Of a DNA stretch of 64,000 nucleotides, positions 8,171-18,467 are shown one piece after another. Below the pieces are notes generated by a model. That model had not been told where the DNA came from and searched no databases. It was given only the letters and a program-made list of their open reading frames with translations. The position numbers and the translations under genes are program-made. This stretch comes from an uncultured Planctomycetia bacterium. GTDB lineage: Bacteria; Omnitrophota; Gorgyraeia; Duberdicusellales; 4484-171. The stretch's first letter is position 1. The number at the start of each line of letters is the position of its first letter. The stretch is from assembly GCA_964455085.1 (NCBI GenBank), contig CAYVYJ010000008.1:1514-65513 (forward strand), read 5' to 3'.

Positions 8171-9292
8171 TTACTGGTATTCCTTAACCATATCCCTCAC
8201 TGTCTTGGCAATAGCCAGAGAACTAGTTAAGCCTGGTGACTCAATACCAATAAGGTTTATTAAGCCGGGAAAACCATTATCGGCTTCATCCTTGATTAAA
8301 AAATCTCTAAAATCCTCACCCGGCCCCTGAAGTTTAGGTCTTATTCCCGATGTATCCGGTCCTAAATCTTCCAAGTTAATAAAGGGTAGCATCGGTTTAA
8401 CATCTTGGCAAAAGGCTCTATTTTTAGATTGATCAATGTCATAATTAATCTCATCTATATATTCATCGTCAGGCCCCAGACGCAGGCCTCCGGCTAAGTC
8501 TAAAGTAGCATGTATCCCTAATCCTGAACCCTCTTGCTTGGGGAGCGGATATATTAATCTATTAATTAATTTTGCTTTGTTATTATGAACCCTGAAGTAA
8601 TCACCTTTGGAGTATTTTATTTTGTATTCATCTTGCTTAATACCCGCCATTGCGGCTACTTTGTCAGAATTTAAGCCCGCGGCATTAATTAAGATTCGAG
8701 TCGATAAGCTAAATGATCCCTCTTGTTTATCCTCTACTGAAAGCTCAAAGCCATCACTAATTTTATCTACGCCGACTAATTCCGTATTATAAACTATTTC
8801 ACCGCCTCGTTCTTTAAACTCTAAAAGTAGCTTCTTGAGTAAAGTATGGGAATCTATAATGCCGGTAGAAGGTGAGAATATGGCTGAGTTTGCTCTTATC
8901 CGGGGCTCAATTTTCCTTATCTCGACTGGCGAAAGTATTTCTAAATCCCTTAGGCCGTTAGCTAAACCATTTTGAAAAAGTTTCTCTAACTCACCTTGCC
9001 TCTGGTTGTCAGTTATGACAATAAGCTTACCGATTTTTTTATATCCGATATTATTTTTCTGGCAATAGGTATAAAGCAACTCCTTACCCTCAAGACAAGT
9101 CTCGGCTTTAAGAGAATTCTCCGGGTAATAAATTCCAGCGTGGATTACCTCACTATTTCGTGAACTTGTCTCCTGGCCAAAGGAAGGATTTTTCTCAACT
9201 ACTAAAATATCCTTACAGTCTCCTGAAAGCTCTCTGGCTACCGCTAAGCCGATTATCCCTGCACCGACGATAGTAACTGCAACTCTCTCCAT
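8171..9292 (-). CDS. FAD-dependent oxidoreductase (DAO family, L-2-hydroxyglutarate oxidase-like)
   Basis: 373 aa. N-terminal VTIVGAGIIGLAVAREL Rossmann dinucleotide-binding motif and EVIHAGIYYP motif typical of LhgO/glycerol-3-P dehydrogenase-like DAO enzymes. Confidence 0.7.
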   Translation of the reverse strand: MERVAVTIVGAGIIGLAVARELSGDCKDILVVEKNPSFGQETSSRNSEVIHAGIYYPENSLKAETCLEGKELLYTYCQKNNIGYKKIGKLIVITDNQRQGELEKLFQNGLANGLRDLEILSPVEIRKIEPRIRANSAIFSPSTGIIDSHTLLKKLLLEFKERGGEIVYNTELVGVDKISDGFELSVEDKQEGSFSLSTRILINAAGLNSDKVAAMAGIKQDEYKIKYSKGDYFRVHNNKAKLINRLIYPLPKQEGSGLGIHATLDLAGGLRLGPDDEYIDEINYDIDQSKNRAFCQDVKPMLPFINLEDLGPDTSGIRPKLQGPGEDFRDFLIKDEADNGFPGLINLIGIESPGLTSSLAIAKTVRDMVKEYQ

Positions 9293-9309
9293 GATGTCAA
9301 TAATTTCAC

Positions 9310-9747
9310 TTATTGTTTAAGATCTGACTCTTCTTCCACCTTGAGTCTAGGAGATACCCTTCCCTCCAGGTGGTCAAAAATCACCGCTGCTGCAAATTCA
9401 GCAAGTAAGTAATTAAGTGACGCTACTTCTACCTGAGTTCTCCGCTCATCTAATCGATTAAAAAATATTGCCACCTCAGTCGATTCGGCGCATTGTGCAA
9501 AAACGCTAGTAAAATCATAAACCACAATAAAGCCCTCTTCCTGGCTGCCGCGGTAGAAGTTAGTCCCTATTTCTTTTAGCTGGCTGTTAACTTTTTTATA
9601 GCAGGCAGGAAGGTCTTTATCAAAAACTTTGCTGTAAACTTTACCCTTTTCTCTAAACGGTTTAATTCCGGCACCGAAGAGACGGCTTAATTCCAGCGGC
9701 GAGCAACCCAAAGCGAAAATAAGAAAAAGAAAAAATATTTTCCTCAT
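9310..9747 (-). CDS. Lipoprotein, unknown function
   Basis: 145 aa with signal peptide and lipobox LGC|S. No recognisable catalytic motifs. Confidence 0.55.
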   Translation of the reverse strand: MRKIFFLFLIFALGCSPLELSRLFGAGIKPFREKGKVYSKVFDKDLPACYKKVNSQLKEIGTNFYRGSQEEGFIVVYDFTSVFAQCAESTEVAIFFNRLDERRTQVEVASLNYLLAEFAAAVIFDHLEGRVSPRLKVEEESDLKQ

Positions 9748-9753
9748 TCTGGC

Positions 9754-10020
9754 CTAATCTTTTACTCTTTCTCTTCTGTAAACTAATACAAAGATGAGTA
9801 CTAAGGTAAAAAGAACAAAATTTATAATATTAAATGTCCGCCAAACTAAATCTTCAGACACAAATCCATCCGGGGCCATCAAGACAAAACATAGCCACAC
9901 ACCTATTGCCCAATAGATACTAATATCCCGGGATGATTTCCGTTTTATTATTCTCAAGATCAGCGGTATATTCCAAAAGGGAAGGATAATCGCTGCGATA
10001 AGTGCCACTTTTTCTGCCAT
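9754..10020 (-). CDS. Small two-TM membrane protein (possibly LAB_N lipid-A-biosynthesis N-terminal-like)
   Basis: 88 aa with two hydrophobic helices separated by a basic loop. Weak resemblance to small LpxB-N-terminal-like membrane proteins. Confidence 0.4.
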   Translation of the reverse strand: MAEKVALIAAIILPFWNIPLILRIIKRKSSRDISIYWAIGVWLCFVLMAPDGFVSEDLVWRTFNIINFVLFTLVLIFVLVYRRERVKD

Positions 10021-10093
10021 TTACTAGTTTTGTTTTAGATAAATTTACCTCACCGAAGACGGCAGACCTATTAACCGCCTCCGCTTAAACCGA

Positions 10094-10249
10094 TTACTTT
10101 TTAAGTAAAGTTAATATTTCTTCAAGCTGTTTGGATATCTTCGATAAAATATCCATCTGTTCGCGCTGGGAACGCTCCTGCTTTTCCTGGAGCTGTTTTG
10201 CCTGATTAGCCATTTTCGACAAATCTCCTAATTTGCCTAAATCAAACAT
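10094..10249 (-). CDS. Unannotated small ORF (51 aa) with strong RBS; coiled, Q/K/E-rich
   Basis: Minus-strand ATG at 10249 is preceded by AGGAGG 5 nt upstream. It reads MFDLGKLGDLSKMANQAKQLQEKQERSQREQMDILSKISKQLEEILTLLKK and stops at 10094. Below the 60-aa cutoff of the ORF track. Confidence 0.4.
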   Translation of the reverse strand: MFDLGKLGDLSKMANQAKQLQEKQERSQREQMDILSKISKQLEEILTLLKK

Positions 10250-10320
10250 AGATCCTCCTTTTGAACTGATTCGGTTTAGGTTAAACCTAACCTTATTGAC
10301 TGATCAAAAGCTGACAGACT

Positions 10321-11469
10321 TCATTTGGCTTTAGTGAAAGATTTAAGTGACTTGAGGTAATTACGATAATTAGAGCTTATTTCTCCTAGGCTATCAAATC
10401 CAAATTTATCCAAAAAACTCTCAGTTATGGCAATTGCTGACATACTTTCAGCAATAAGGCCGCAAGCAACTATCGCACAAACATCTGAACGCACAACTGG
10501 TGCTTTTTGAGCTTTCTTGGTAATAATATTTACTGAATCAAGTGGTTTAGCCAAAGTAGCAATCGGTTTCATAGCCAGCCTTAAGATAATTGGTAATCCT
10601 GTAGAAATACCCCCCTCGATGCCGCCGGAATTATTGGTCTTTCTGGTAAAACCTTTATTGACTGTGTAATATATCGCATCGTGAGTGAGTGACCCACTTT
10701 TTTTGGCGTAGTCAAAACCTAAACCTATCTCAACCCCTTTAACCGCAGGAATACCCATTAAATAAGAACTAAGTTTAGCATCCAGGCGGCGATCAAAGTG
10801 CATGAAACTCCCAACTCCTGCAGGCACACCTTCTATCCAAAGCTCAACTACTCCACCTAAGCTGTCCCCGGCCTCTTTTGCTTCAGCAATCTCTTCAATC
10901 ATTAGCTTCTCTTTATTCTTATCGAGACAATTTAATTTTGACCCCTTAATTTTATTAATAATCTCATTTATGCTCCTAGGTTGCTTTTGAGAAGAAATGC
11001 CTCCCAGGCTGAGAGTGAAACTGGCAATCTTTATTCCGAAGTTTAAAAGAAATTGTTTACATATAGCACCAGCAGAGACTCTGGCTACTGTTTCCCGGGC
11101 CGAAGCTCTTTCGAGAATATTCCTCATATCTGTTTCTTGATACTTTAAGGCACCGGCTAAATCAGCATGCGAAGGTCTCGGCACAGAAAGAGAAGATAAG
11201 CTATCTTTAGCTTGAGTAAATATCTTGGTATCTTTATTTTTGACCAGTATAGCTATCGGGCTACCTAAAGTTATTTTGTTGCGCAGGCCGGATACAATCT
11301 TAACTCTATCCTGCTCTATTGACATCCGCTTTCCTCTCCCTTCACCAGAGGCCCGCTTCTTTAACTCTTCATTGACGAATTTCTGATCAACCTTTACTCC
11401 TTTAGGAAATCCTTCCAGAATCGCCACAATATACTCCCCATGGGATTCGCCAGCAGTTAAAATTCGCAC
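10321..11469 (-). CDS. aroC: Chorismate synthase
   Basis: 382 aa. N-terminal RILTAGESHG and GxSxxGR motifs typical of AroC. Confidence 0.9.
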   Translation of the reverse strand: MRILTAGESHGEYIVAILEGFPKGVKVDQKFVNEELKKRASGEGRGKRMSIEQDRVKIVSGLRNKITLGSPIAILVKNKDTKIFTQAKDSLSSLSVPRPSHADLAGALKYQETDMRNILERASARETVARVSAGAICKQFLLNFGIKIASFTLSLGGISSQKQPRSINEIINKIKGSKLNCLDKNKEKLMIEEIAEAKEAGDSLGGVVELWIEGVPAGVGSFMHFDRRLDAKLSSYLMGIPAVKGVEIGLGFDYAKKSGSLTHDAIYYTVNKGFTRKTNNSGGIEGGISTGLPIILRLAMKPIATLAKPLDSVNIITKKAQKAPVVRSDVCAIVACGLIAESMSAIAITESFLDKFGFDSLGEISSNYRNYLKSLKSFTKAK

Positions 11470-11482
11470 CTTTTCCTCCTTT

Positions 11483-12304
11483 TCAAAATATAAAACTCAC
11501 TATTTTGTTTCCCCAGAAAAATACAATCACAGTAGCTAAGGACAAATAAGGCAGATAAGGTATCAAGTGTGATCTTTTAAAGATAAGGGCAAAGATCGAG
11601 TAGAGTAAGGCTATAAAAGGAGCAATAAAAAACACCAGAACTACCGCTTTTATCCCTAAAAATACACCTACCATTCCCATAAAATCCACATCACCTAAAC
11701 CCAAAGATTCCCTTTCTCCTTCAATTGACTCTTTTTTACGCAACTTAAGATAAAAATCAATAAAAATATCGCCAAAGAACTTAAAAAGATAAGTAAAGCC
11801 AAAGCCAAAAAGCAGACCTTTAAACGCTGCATAAAGAGGCAATGCTCCTAAGTCAAAGACTCCGGTTCTAAGAAGCTGTGAGGTAGGCCAAAGACTAAAG
11901 AGCAGCCCGATGATGATTCCTAAAAAGCATAAGTGTACAGGAATCGCATGGTAATCAATATCAATAAAAGAAACTACTAATAACAGGGCAAAGAGAAACA
12001 TATATTTTAATAGTTCCAGGCCAAAACCTAACTTTAAATAAAGCGCCAGAAAGAATGCGCCGCTGATAAGCTCGACTAAGGGATACCTAAAGGATATTCT
12101 TTTCTGGCAACTGCGACAGCGGCCGCCTAAGAGAAGATAACTAATTAAAGGAATATTGTCATGCCATTTAACCGGAGTTTTACACTTGGGACAAAAAGAA
12201 CCAGGAGTAATAATCGATTTCTCTTGGGGGAAGCGATGAATGCAGACATTAAGAAAGCTACCCAGACAACTACCAAAAATAAATATCCATATCCTTGTAC
12301 TCAT
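11483..12304 (-). CDS. pilD: Type IV prepilin leader peptidase (A24 family)
   Basis: 273 aa. N-terminal tetra-Cys zinc motif CPKC...CRSC followed by polytopic membrane domain with conserved Asp-containing regions. 4-nt overlap with aroE. Confidence 0.8.
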   Translation of the reverse strand: MSTRIWIFIFGSCLGSFLNVCIHRFPQEKSIITPGSFCPKCKTPVKWHDNIPLISYLLLGGRCRSCQKRISFRYPLVELISGAFFLALYLKLGFGLELLKYMFLFALLLVVSFIDIDYHAIPVHLCFLGIIIGLLFSLWPTSQLLRTGVFDLGALPLYAAFKGLLFGFGFTYLFKFFGDIFIDFYLKLRKKESIEGERESLGLGDVDFMGMVGVFLGIKAVVLVFFIAPFIALLYSIFALIFKRSHLIPYLPYLSLATVIVFFWGNKIVSFIF

Positions 12305-13167
12305 CTCTTTGTAAACCCGCCTTCAATTGCTCCCCACATTGCTTCTACTATTTTAGCATAAGGCACTTGAGTTCCTGTGAAATAAATAAAAGAAAAAGCT
12401 CCTTGGTAAACCAACATCCCCAGTCCATTAGAATGCTCTAAGCCTTTAGCTTTGGCGAGTGACAATAACTTAGTTGAAGCCGGATTATAGATAAGGTCAT
12501 AAATAAATAAATCTTCATGCAACATACCCTCATCTACCAGGCAAGGATCATCGCCTTTTAAACCTACAGGAGTTGCATTTACAAGCAAGTCTTTATGCCT
12601 GATATCTAATCCTGTGACCGTATCCACTATTGATAGCTTAAGATCCGGGAAAATTTCTTCAAGCAGTTTACCAACACTCTCTGACTTATCCCGCTCAAGG
12701 TCAAAGATAGCTATCTCCTCTGCACCCTTTTTGGCTAGAGAGTAAGCTACCGCCTTCCCCGCTCCTCCGGCACCCAATAAGGCTATTCTCTTCTTACGTG
12801 GCGCAAAACCTACTTTATTCAGATGCCTCAAGAATCCAGCCACATCGGTATTATATCCTTTTAATTTTCCGTCTTTCCTTACTATAGTGTTCACAGTTCG
12901 TATCTCCTTGGCGTAAGGAGCTGTATTATCCAGCTCGATGAGATTGAAATCCAAAACTTTCTCTTTGTAAGGAACAGTGACGTTTAATCCCCAGATATTC
13001 TCTCTTTCCAAACTCCCCAAGAAAGATGCAAGCTCCTGGGGTTGCTTTTGAAATAGCTGGTATTGGCCAGGAATATTTAATTTTCTGAAGACAGCATTAT
13101 GCATCCGGGGGGAGAAAGAATGTTCCAGGGGATAACCAAGTAAACCGTATATTTTAGAAGAACTCAT
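12301..13167 (-). CDS. aroE: Shikimate dehydrogenase
   Basis: 288 aa. N-terminal YGLLGYPLxHSxSP shikimate-binding motif and GAGGAGKA NADP Rossmann motif. Confidence 0.9.
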   Translation of the reverse strand: MSSSKIYGLLGYPLEHSFSPRMHNAVFRKLNIPGQYQLFQKQPQELASFLGSLERENIWGLNVTVPYKEKVLDFNLIELDNTAPYAKEIRTVNTIVRKDGKLKGYNTDVAGFLRHLNKVGFAPRKKRIALLGAGGAGKAVAYSLAKKGAEEIAIFDLERDKSESVGKLLEEIFPDLKLSIVDTVTGLDIRHKDLLVNATPVGLKGDDPCLVDEGMLHEDLFIYDLIYNPASTKLLSLAKAKGLEHSNGLGMLVYQGAFSFIYFTGTQVPYAKIVEAMWGAIEGGFTKR

Positions 13168-13622
13168 ATTTTTTCCTTAAAGACAATACTCCAAAAATAA
13201 TCCCAGTGCTCCTTATTAAAATAAGAAAAAGGATTGGGATAATTGTATTTAAGGTGAGATTGTATCTCTTCTTGGGTACGGTATCGCTTCACTTTCGCAG
13301 ACTCTTGTTTTTCCTCAATAGGGTCATAAATTAAATTCCAGAATTCTGCCCATTGAGACGGGGTGAATTGGCCAAATACATCTTTAGCTAAATGGATAAG
13401 CTCACTTTCTCTGCTGATAAAACTCAAAGGGCGTCTCCTTTGAGGATTAAAGGTAAAAGATGTGTCCTGTTTAAAAGATTCTACCTTTGCTTTGGTAAAT
13501 TCCCGCAAGATATTAATCTTTGATCTTAAAAAACTTAACTTCTCTGTTTTATGAAAGTTAATTATAGCTAGGGCTAGGAAAATAACTGTGGCTATTCCGA
13601 TTAAATTCTTAATATACTTCAT
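13164..13622 (-). CDS. Hypothetical membrane-anchored protein
   Basis: 152 aa. Single N-terminal TM helix followed by an aromatic-rich soluble domain. 4-nt overlaps with both leuA (upstream) and aroE (downstream). Confidence 0.5.
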   Translation of the reverse strand: MKYIKNLIGIATVIFLALAIINFHKTEKLSFLRSKINILREFTKAKVESFKQDTSFTFNPQRRRPLSFISRESELIHLAKDVFGQFTPSQWAEFWNLIYDPIEEKQESAKVKRYRTQEEIQSHLKYNYPNPFSYFNKEHWDYFWSIVFKEKI

Positions 13623-15133
13623 CTAATTCGATTTAGAGCATCCAGATAGGCTTTCGCCGAAGATTCTAAAATATCTGTGCTCGAACCCCGGCCGCTAACC
13701 GTTTTACCCTTAACAACGATTTCCACCCTTACCCGGCCTTGAGCATCTTTTCCTCTGGTAATTGCATCAAGTTTATACCCAAGAAGTTTTGTTTTTATCC
13801 CTGTAATCTTATCAATTGCTCTATAACAGGCGTCTACCGGTCCATCACCGGTAGATTTTGCTTCCCGGACCTTTCCCTTATACCTAATTTTAATTTCGGC
13901 TTGAGGCAAAGTTCCGGTCTCGGTAACTACTTTTATTGAAACCAAATCATAAACCTTAACCCTTGGCTTTACCTGTTCTTCGGCTAAGGCAATTAAATCA
14001 TCATCAAAAACTTCCTTTTTCTTATCAGCCAGTTGTTTAAACTGTTTAAAAAGTACATCTATTCTGCCTTTGCTAAAATTAAAGCCCAGTTTTCCCAACC
14101 TCCTAGCCAGAGCATGTCTTCCAGAATGCTTTCCCAAAACTATCTGGCTTTTATCCACCCCTACATCCTTAGGGTTCATTATTTCATAAGTACTTCTCTT
14201 CTTAAGTATGGCATCTTGATGAATCCCCGACTCATGAGCAAAGGCGTTTCTACCCACAATAGCTTTATTAGGAGGAACAATGAATCCAGTAAGATTGCTT
14301 ACCAGACGGGAGGTATGAACAATCTCCTTAGTCTTTATACCAGTTACCAGATTGGCAAAAACATCTTTACGAGTATTCAGGGCCATTACTATCTCCTCTA
14401 GCGATGCATTACCGGCTCTCTCACCAATGCCGTTTATTGTACAATGCACTTGGCGGACTCCAGCTAAGACTGCCGAGAGAGAATTTGCAACAGCCATGCC
14501 CAAATCATCATGGCAGTGTATAGCAATAACTGCCTTGCCGATATTGGGAACATTGTCGCGGATATCAGAGATTAAGCTGTAGATCTCTTGAGGGTAAGAG
14601 TAGCCCACTGTATCAGGAATATTTATTGTTCTTGCCCCGTAAGCTATAGCTGTCTCAATTACCCGGAAAAGAAATTCTTTCCTTGAACGAGTAGCATCTT
14701 CAGGAGAAAACTCGATATCCCCACATAGATTGCGAGCCAGTTTAGTAGCGCCTTTAGCTAAAGCTAAAATCTCATCTTCAGCTTTTTTAAATTTGTACTT
14801 AAGGTGAATTTTTGAAGTAGCTAGAAAAATGTGGATACGGGGATTCTTTGCTCTCTTTAACGAATTTTGAGCTGCCGCAATATCCTTAGGCAAACATCTT
14901 GCCAGGGCGCAGATAGTACTTCCCTTAATATTCCGGGCAATAAGATCTACAGCCTTAGAGTCATCAGGGCTAGCAATAGGAAAACCAGCTTCGATTACGT
15001 CTACCCCTAACTTGGCCAGCTGATAGGCAACCTCTAACTTCTGTTCAGAAGTCAAAGTTGCCCCCGGAGCCTGCTCCCCGTCTCTTAAGGTAGTATCAAA
15101 AATAACAATTTTTTCTTTTGCCACTTCTTGCAC
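13619..15133 (-). CDS. leuA: 2-isopropylmalate synthase
   Basis: 504 aa. IFDTTLRDGEQ substrate-binding motif, HxH metal motif (HCHDDLG) and C-terminal LeuA regulatory domain. Confidence 0.85.
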   Translation of the reverse strand: MQEVAKEKIVIFDTTLRDGEQAPGATLTSEQKLEVAYQLAKLGVDVIEAGFPIASPDDSKAVDLIARNIKGSTICALARCLPKDIAAAQNSLKRAKNPRIHIFLATSKIHLKYKFKKAEDEILALAKGATKLARNLCGDIEFSPEDATRSRKEFLFRVIETAIAYGARTINIPDTVGYSYPQEIYSLISDIRDNVPNIGKAVIAIHCHDDLGMAVANSLSAVLAGVRQVHCTINGIGERAGNASLEEIVMALNTRKDVFANLVTGIKTKEIVHTSRLVSNLTGFIVPPNKAIVGRNAFAHESGIHQDAILKKRSTYEIMNPKDVGVDKSQIVLGKHSGRHALARRLGKLGFNFSKGRIDVLFKQFKQLADKKKEVFDDDLIALAEEQVKPRVKVYDLVSIKVVTETGTLPQAEIKIRYKGKVREAKSTGDGPVDACYRAIDKITGIKTKLLGYKLDAITRGKDAQGRVRVEIVVKGKTVSGRGSSTDILESSAKAYLDALNRIR

Positions 15134-15136
15134 CGG

Positions 15137-16126
15137 TTATTCCATCCAGGGCATCATTCCGCGGAGTTCCTTCCCAATTTTTTCAATCGGATGATTCTTT
15201 TCTTCTTCGGTTATTCTGTTGTAGTTTGGTCTACCTTCCTGATTCTCTTTTATCCACTCCCGAGCAAAAGAACCTGATTGAACTTCGCCAAGAATCTTCT
15301 TCATCTCCTCCCGAGTTTGTTTATTAACTATCCGCTTACCTCTGGTTATGTCGCCATATTCAGCAGTATCGGAAACTCTCTTTCTCATACCATAAATACC
15401 AGTCTTGTAAATAAGGTCAGTAATCAGTTTAAGTTCATGTAAACATTCAAAGTAAGCGATTTCCGGTTGATACCCGGCTTCGACTAAAGTGTCAAAACCA
15501 GCTTTTATCAACTCTGAAGTGCCCCCGCAAAGAACTGCCTGTTCACCAAAAAGATCAGTCTCGGTCTCTTCTTTAAAGGTAGTTTCAATAACACCGGCTC
15601 TTGTCCCACCGATAGCCTTAGCATAAGCTAAAGCTTTATTTCTAGCTTTGCCGCTAAAGTCCTGAAATACTGCGATTAAGCAAGGAACTCCCTTGCCTTG
15701 TTCGTACATCTCCCTTACCAAAGCACCCGGCCCCTTAGGCGCAACCATAAAAACATCAACGTTTTCCGGAGGTACAATTTGCTTAAAATGAATGTTAAAT
15801 CCGTGAGAAAATACTAAAGCATTGCCTTGTTTAAGGTTAGCCACTATAGAATTTTTATAGACCATACCCTGGACATGATCCTGGGTTAATATCTGGATGA
15901 TATCGGAAGCTGCTGCAGCATCTTCAGCAGACATAACCTCAAATCCGTCCTGTTTAGCTTGTTGATAGTTTGGTGTGCCTTTAAGTTCACTCACTAAAAC
16001 TCCCACTCCACTATCTCTTAAATTTAAAGCCTGACCCCGGCCCTGTATACCATAGCCAATAATAGCTATTTTAAGATTTTTAATTATATCCAGATTAGCA
16101 TCCTGATCATAATACATCTTAGCCAT
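15137..16126 (-). CDS. ilvC: Ketol-acid reductoisomerase
   Basis: The ORF track gives a start at 16141. The likely true start is MAKMYYD at 16126, with GAGGAGG RBS at 16134-16140. GYGxQG NADPH motif and class I KARI length. Confidence 0.9.
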   Translation of the reverse strand: MAKMYYDQDANLDIIKNLKIAIIGYGIQGRGQALNLRDSGVGVLVSELKGTPNYQQAKQDGFEVMSAEDAAAASDIIQILTQDHVQGMVYKNSIVANLKQGNALVFSHGFNIHFKQIVPPENVDVFMVAPKGPGALVREMYEQGKGVPCLIAVFQDFSGKARNKALAYAKAIGGTRAGVIETTFKEETETDLFGEQAVLCGGTSELIKAGFDTLVEAGYQPEIAYFECLHELKLITDLIYKTGIYGMRKRVSDTAEYGDITRGKRIVNKQTREEMKKILGEVQSGSFAREWIKENQEGRPNYNRITEEEKNHPIEKIGKELRGMMPWME

Positions 16127-16140
16127 CTTTAACCTCCTCA

Positions 16141-16212
16141 ATGAGACTTAGTCCGCCAAAGGCGGACTGTAGTCGAATTGATACTGAGGGTATGAAATAC
16201 CCGAAGTATCTT
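16141..16212. repeat. 72-nt structured intergenic repeat, copy A (two predicted hairpins), between ilvN and ilvC
   Basis: 65/72 nt identical to 29767-29838. Hairpin 1 AGUCCGCC-AAA-GGCGGACU. Hairpin 2 GGGUAU-GAAA-UACCC. Four of the 7 differences between copies are two compensatory pairs (C-G to U-A in hairpin 1, U-A to C-G in hairpin 2). Confidence 0.75.
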
Positions 16213-16213
16213 C

Positions 16214-16708
16214 TTACTTCCCGATTGCAATTCTCCCGGTCCTTACTAATTCTTTTAACTCTACACCCTTCAATTCTTTTAGAATTTCTTCTTCCTGGTA
16301 GTGATCCGAACAAATCTCTAAGAAATAATCCTCTTTAGTTTCCTCAATGATCTTTATTGGAAACTTCTTGACTAGTTTTTCTATAGTCTTTTTACTCTTT
16401 TTGCTTTTAACTATTTTGGCTAAAATCAGGTCTCGATCAATATAATCCCGACGGGTAAAGTCAATGACTGTAATTACATCAATTAACTTATGAAGTTGCT
16501 TTTTTATCTGTTCAAGAACCTTCTCATCCTGCGCGTCTACAACAATAGTCATACACGAGACAGAAGAATCTTCAGTTTCACCGACTGCTAAAGATTCAAT
16601 GTTATAGCCGCGGGCGCTAAACAAAGAAGAAACCCTTGCCAAAACTCCAAACCTGTTTTCAACTAAGGCTTGTATAGTATGACGCATTGTATTAAGCCAT
16701 ACCTCCAA
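16214..16708 (-). CDS. ilvN: Acetolactate synthase small (regulatory, ACT domain) subunit
   Basis: 164 aa. N-terminal ACT domain ([26 protein letters not shown]) typical of IlvH/IlvN. Overlaps the ilvB stop. Confidence 0.85.
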   Translation of the reverse strand: MEVWLNTMRHTIQALVENRFGVLARVSSLFSARGYNIESLAVGETEDSSVSCMTIVVDAQDEKVLEQIKKQLHKLIDVITVIDFTRRDYIDRDLILAKIVKSKKSKKTIEKLVKKFPIKIIEETKEDYFLEICSDHYQEEEILKELKGVELKELVRTGRIAIGK

Positions 16709-18368
16709 TCATTCGGTTAATGGCCTCTCCGGCCGGCACCATAGGAAATACGTTCTCCTCGGGTTCAATCAAAAAATCAGCCAAAACAGAACCTTTAAAT
16801 TTAAGGATTTCCTCTATTGCCTTCTTTACTTCGCTTACTTTCTTTACCTGTATGCCCTTTATCCCATAACCTTGGGCAACTTTCACAAAATCAGGATTCT
16901 TTAAGGGTGTTCCTGAATAACGCCGGTTATAAAAAAGCTCCTGCCATTGTCTAACCATTCCTAGGTAACCGTTATTCAAAATGATTATCTTGATCTTTAA
17001 ATTATAGGTATTCAAAGTAGCTAATTCCTGGATATTCATTTGTATCGAACCATCACCGGCAATAACAATCACTTCTTTCTTAGGGTTAGCTATCTTGGCT
17101 CCGATTGCCGCCGGGAAACCATAACCCATTGTTCCCAAACCGCCACTGGAGAGGAAATGACGAGGGTAATCAAACTTATAAAACTGTGATGCCCACATCT
17201 GATTTTGTCCTACTTCAGTGGTAATAATAGCCTTACCCTTGGTTTGGTGGTAAAGTTCTTCAATAACGTATTGCGGTTTAATTTTACCGGTCTTCTTATA
17301 TTTATATTTAAGCGGGTGCTTCTTCTTCCACTCTTTTATTTTCTTGTGCCAGTTTTCTAGATCAACTAATTTAGTCTCATCGACCTCTTCGGTGAGCTGA
17401 CCAACGATATTCTTAGCATCACCGACAATCGGAACATCAACGTTTATAGTCTTACTTATCGATGTAGGGTCAATATCAATATGAACTATCTTTGCCCCAG
17501 GGGCAAAAGCATCTAATTTTCCAGTAACTCGGTCATCGAAACGGGAACCAACCGAAATCAAAAGGTCACTCTCAGTAACTGCCAAATTAGCATATACAGT
17601 TCCGTGCATGCCCGGCATACCTAAAGATAGTTGATGGGTAGAAGGGAATCCTCCCAATCCCATAAGGGTAGTTGTGACCGGGATATTGGTTTTTTCAGCA
17701 AATCTTAATAACTCCTCACAAGCTCCCGCTATAATAACCCCTCCTCCGGCCATAATAACCGGCTTCTTAGAATTATAGATAAGTTTAAGTACTTTTTTTA
17801 TTTGTCCGGGATGTCCAAAATGAGTTGGACTATAACTTCTCATCTTTATTTTCTTAGGATAGTTAAAATCTGCCTCTTGTATCTGTGTATCAACCGGTAA
17901 ATCAATAACTATTGGCCCAGGCCTTCCGGTACTAGCTAGATAAAAAGCTTCTTTTACGATATAGGCAATATCCTTGGCATCCTTTATCAGATAATTATAC
18001 TTACTTATCGAACGGGTTATCCCGGTTACATCGGCTTCTTGAAAGGCGTCATTACCGATTAAAGATGTTTTTACCTGGCCGGTAATAGCTATAATCGGCA
18101 CAGAATCCATATGGGCAGTGGCAATACCAGTAGTCAAGTTAGTCGCCCCGGGCCCTGATGTAGCCACACAAACTCCTACCCTGCCTGTAGAACGAGCATA
18201 ACCATCAGCAGCATGAGCGGCTGCCTGCTCATGACGGGTCAAAATAAATTTTATCGGAGAATCATAGAGATAATCAAATAAAGGTATGACTGTCCCGCCG
18301 GGATAGCCAAAAATCACCTCTACTCCCTCCCGAATCAAACTCTCAATTAGAATTTTAGCACCTTTCAT
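16692..18368 (-). CDS. ilvB: Acetolactate synthase large subunit (ThDP-dependent)
   Basis: 558 aa. ThDP-binding GDGS...NN motif and N-terminal Pyr domain (GYPGG). Length and context are typical. Confidence 0.9.
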   Translation of the reverse strand: MKGAKILIESLIREGVEVIFGYPGGTVIPLFDYLYDSPIKFILTRHEQAAAHAADGYARSTGRVGVCVATSGPGATNLTTGIATAHMDSVPIIAITGQVKTSLIGNDAFQEADVTGITRSISKYNYLIKDAKDIAYIVKEAFYLASTGRPGPIVIDLPVDTQIQEADFNYPKKIKMRSYSPTHFGHPGQIKKVLKLIYNSKKPVIMAGGGVIIAGACEELLRFAEKTNIPVTTTLMGLGGFPSTHQLSLGMPGMHGTVYANLAVTESDLLISVGSRFDDRVTGKLDAFAPGAKIVHIDIDPTSISKTINVDVPIVGDAKNIVGQLTEEVDETKLVDLENWHKKIKEWKKKHPLKYKYKKTGKIKPQYVIEELYHQTKGKAIITTEVGQNQMWASQFYKFDYPRHFLSSGGLGTMGYGFPAAIGAKIANPKKEVIVIAGDGSIQMNIQELATLNTYNLKIKIIILNNGYLGMVRQWQELFYNRRYSGTPLKNPDFVKVAQGYGIKGIQVKKVSEVKKAIEEILKFKGSVLADFLIEPEENVFPMVPAGEAINRMIGGMA

Positions 18369-18467
18369 CTCTCTACTTTCCCTATATTTAGACTAGGCTT
18401 TAGCTAACCCCAATTATATCATTGCTTATTAAAAAAACAATAAGAAAGGATAAGCCTTAAGCTTTCC

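Noticed and set aside
16141-16338. Conserved small peptide MRLSP(P/S)K(A/T)DCSRI(D/N)T.GMK.P.YL encoded by + strand ORFs 16141..16338 and 29596..29844.
   Set aside because: The similarity is fully explained by the 72-nt nucleotide repeat. The ORFs continue into unrelated antisense sequence, and a structured RNA/repeat is the more parsimonious reading.
18369-18467. T-box or amino-acid riboswitch leader upstream of ilvB.
   Set aside because: The spacer is only about 100 nt and lacks a T-box consensus (no AATTAGGGTGGTACCGCG-like motif) and an antiterminator arrangement.
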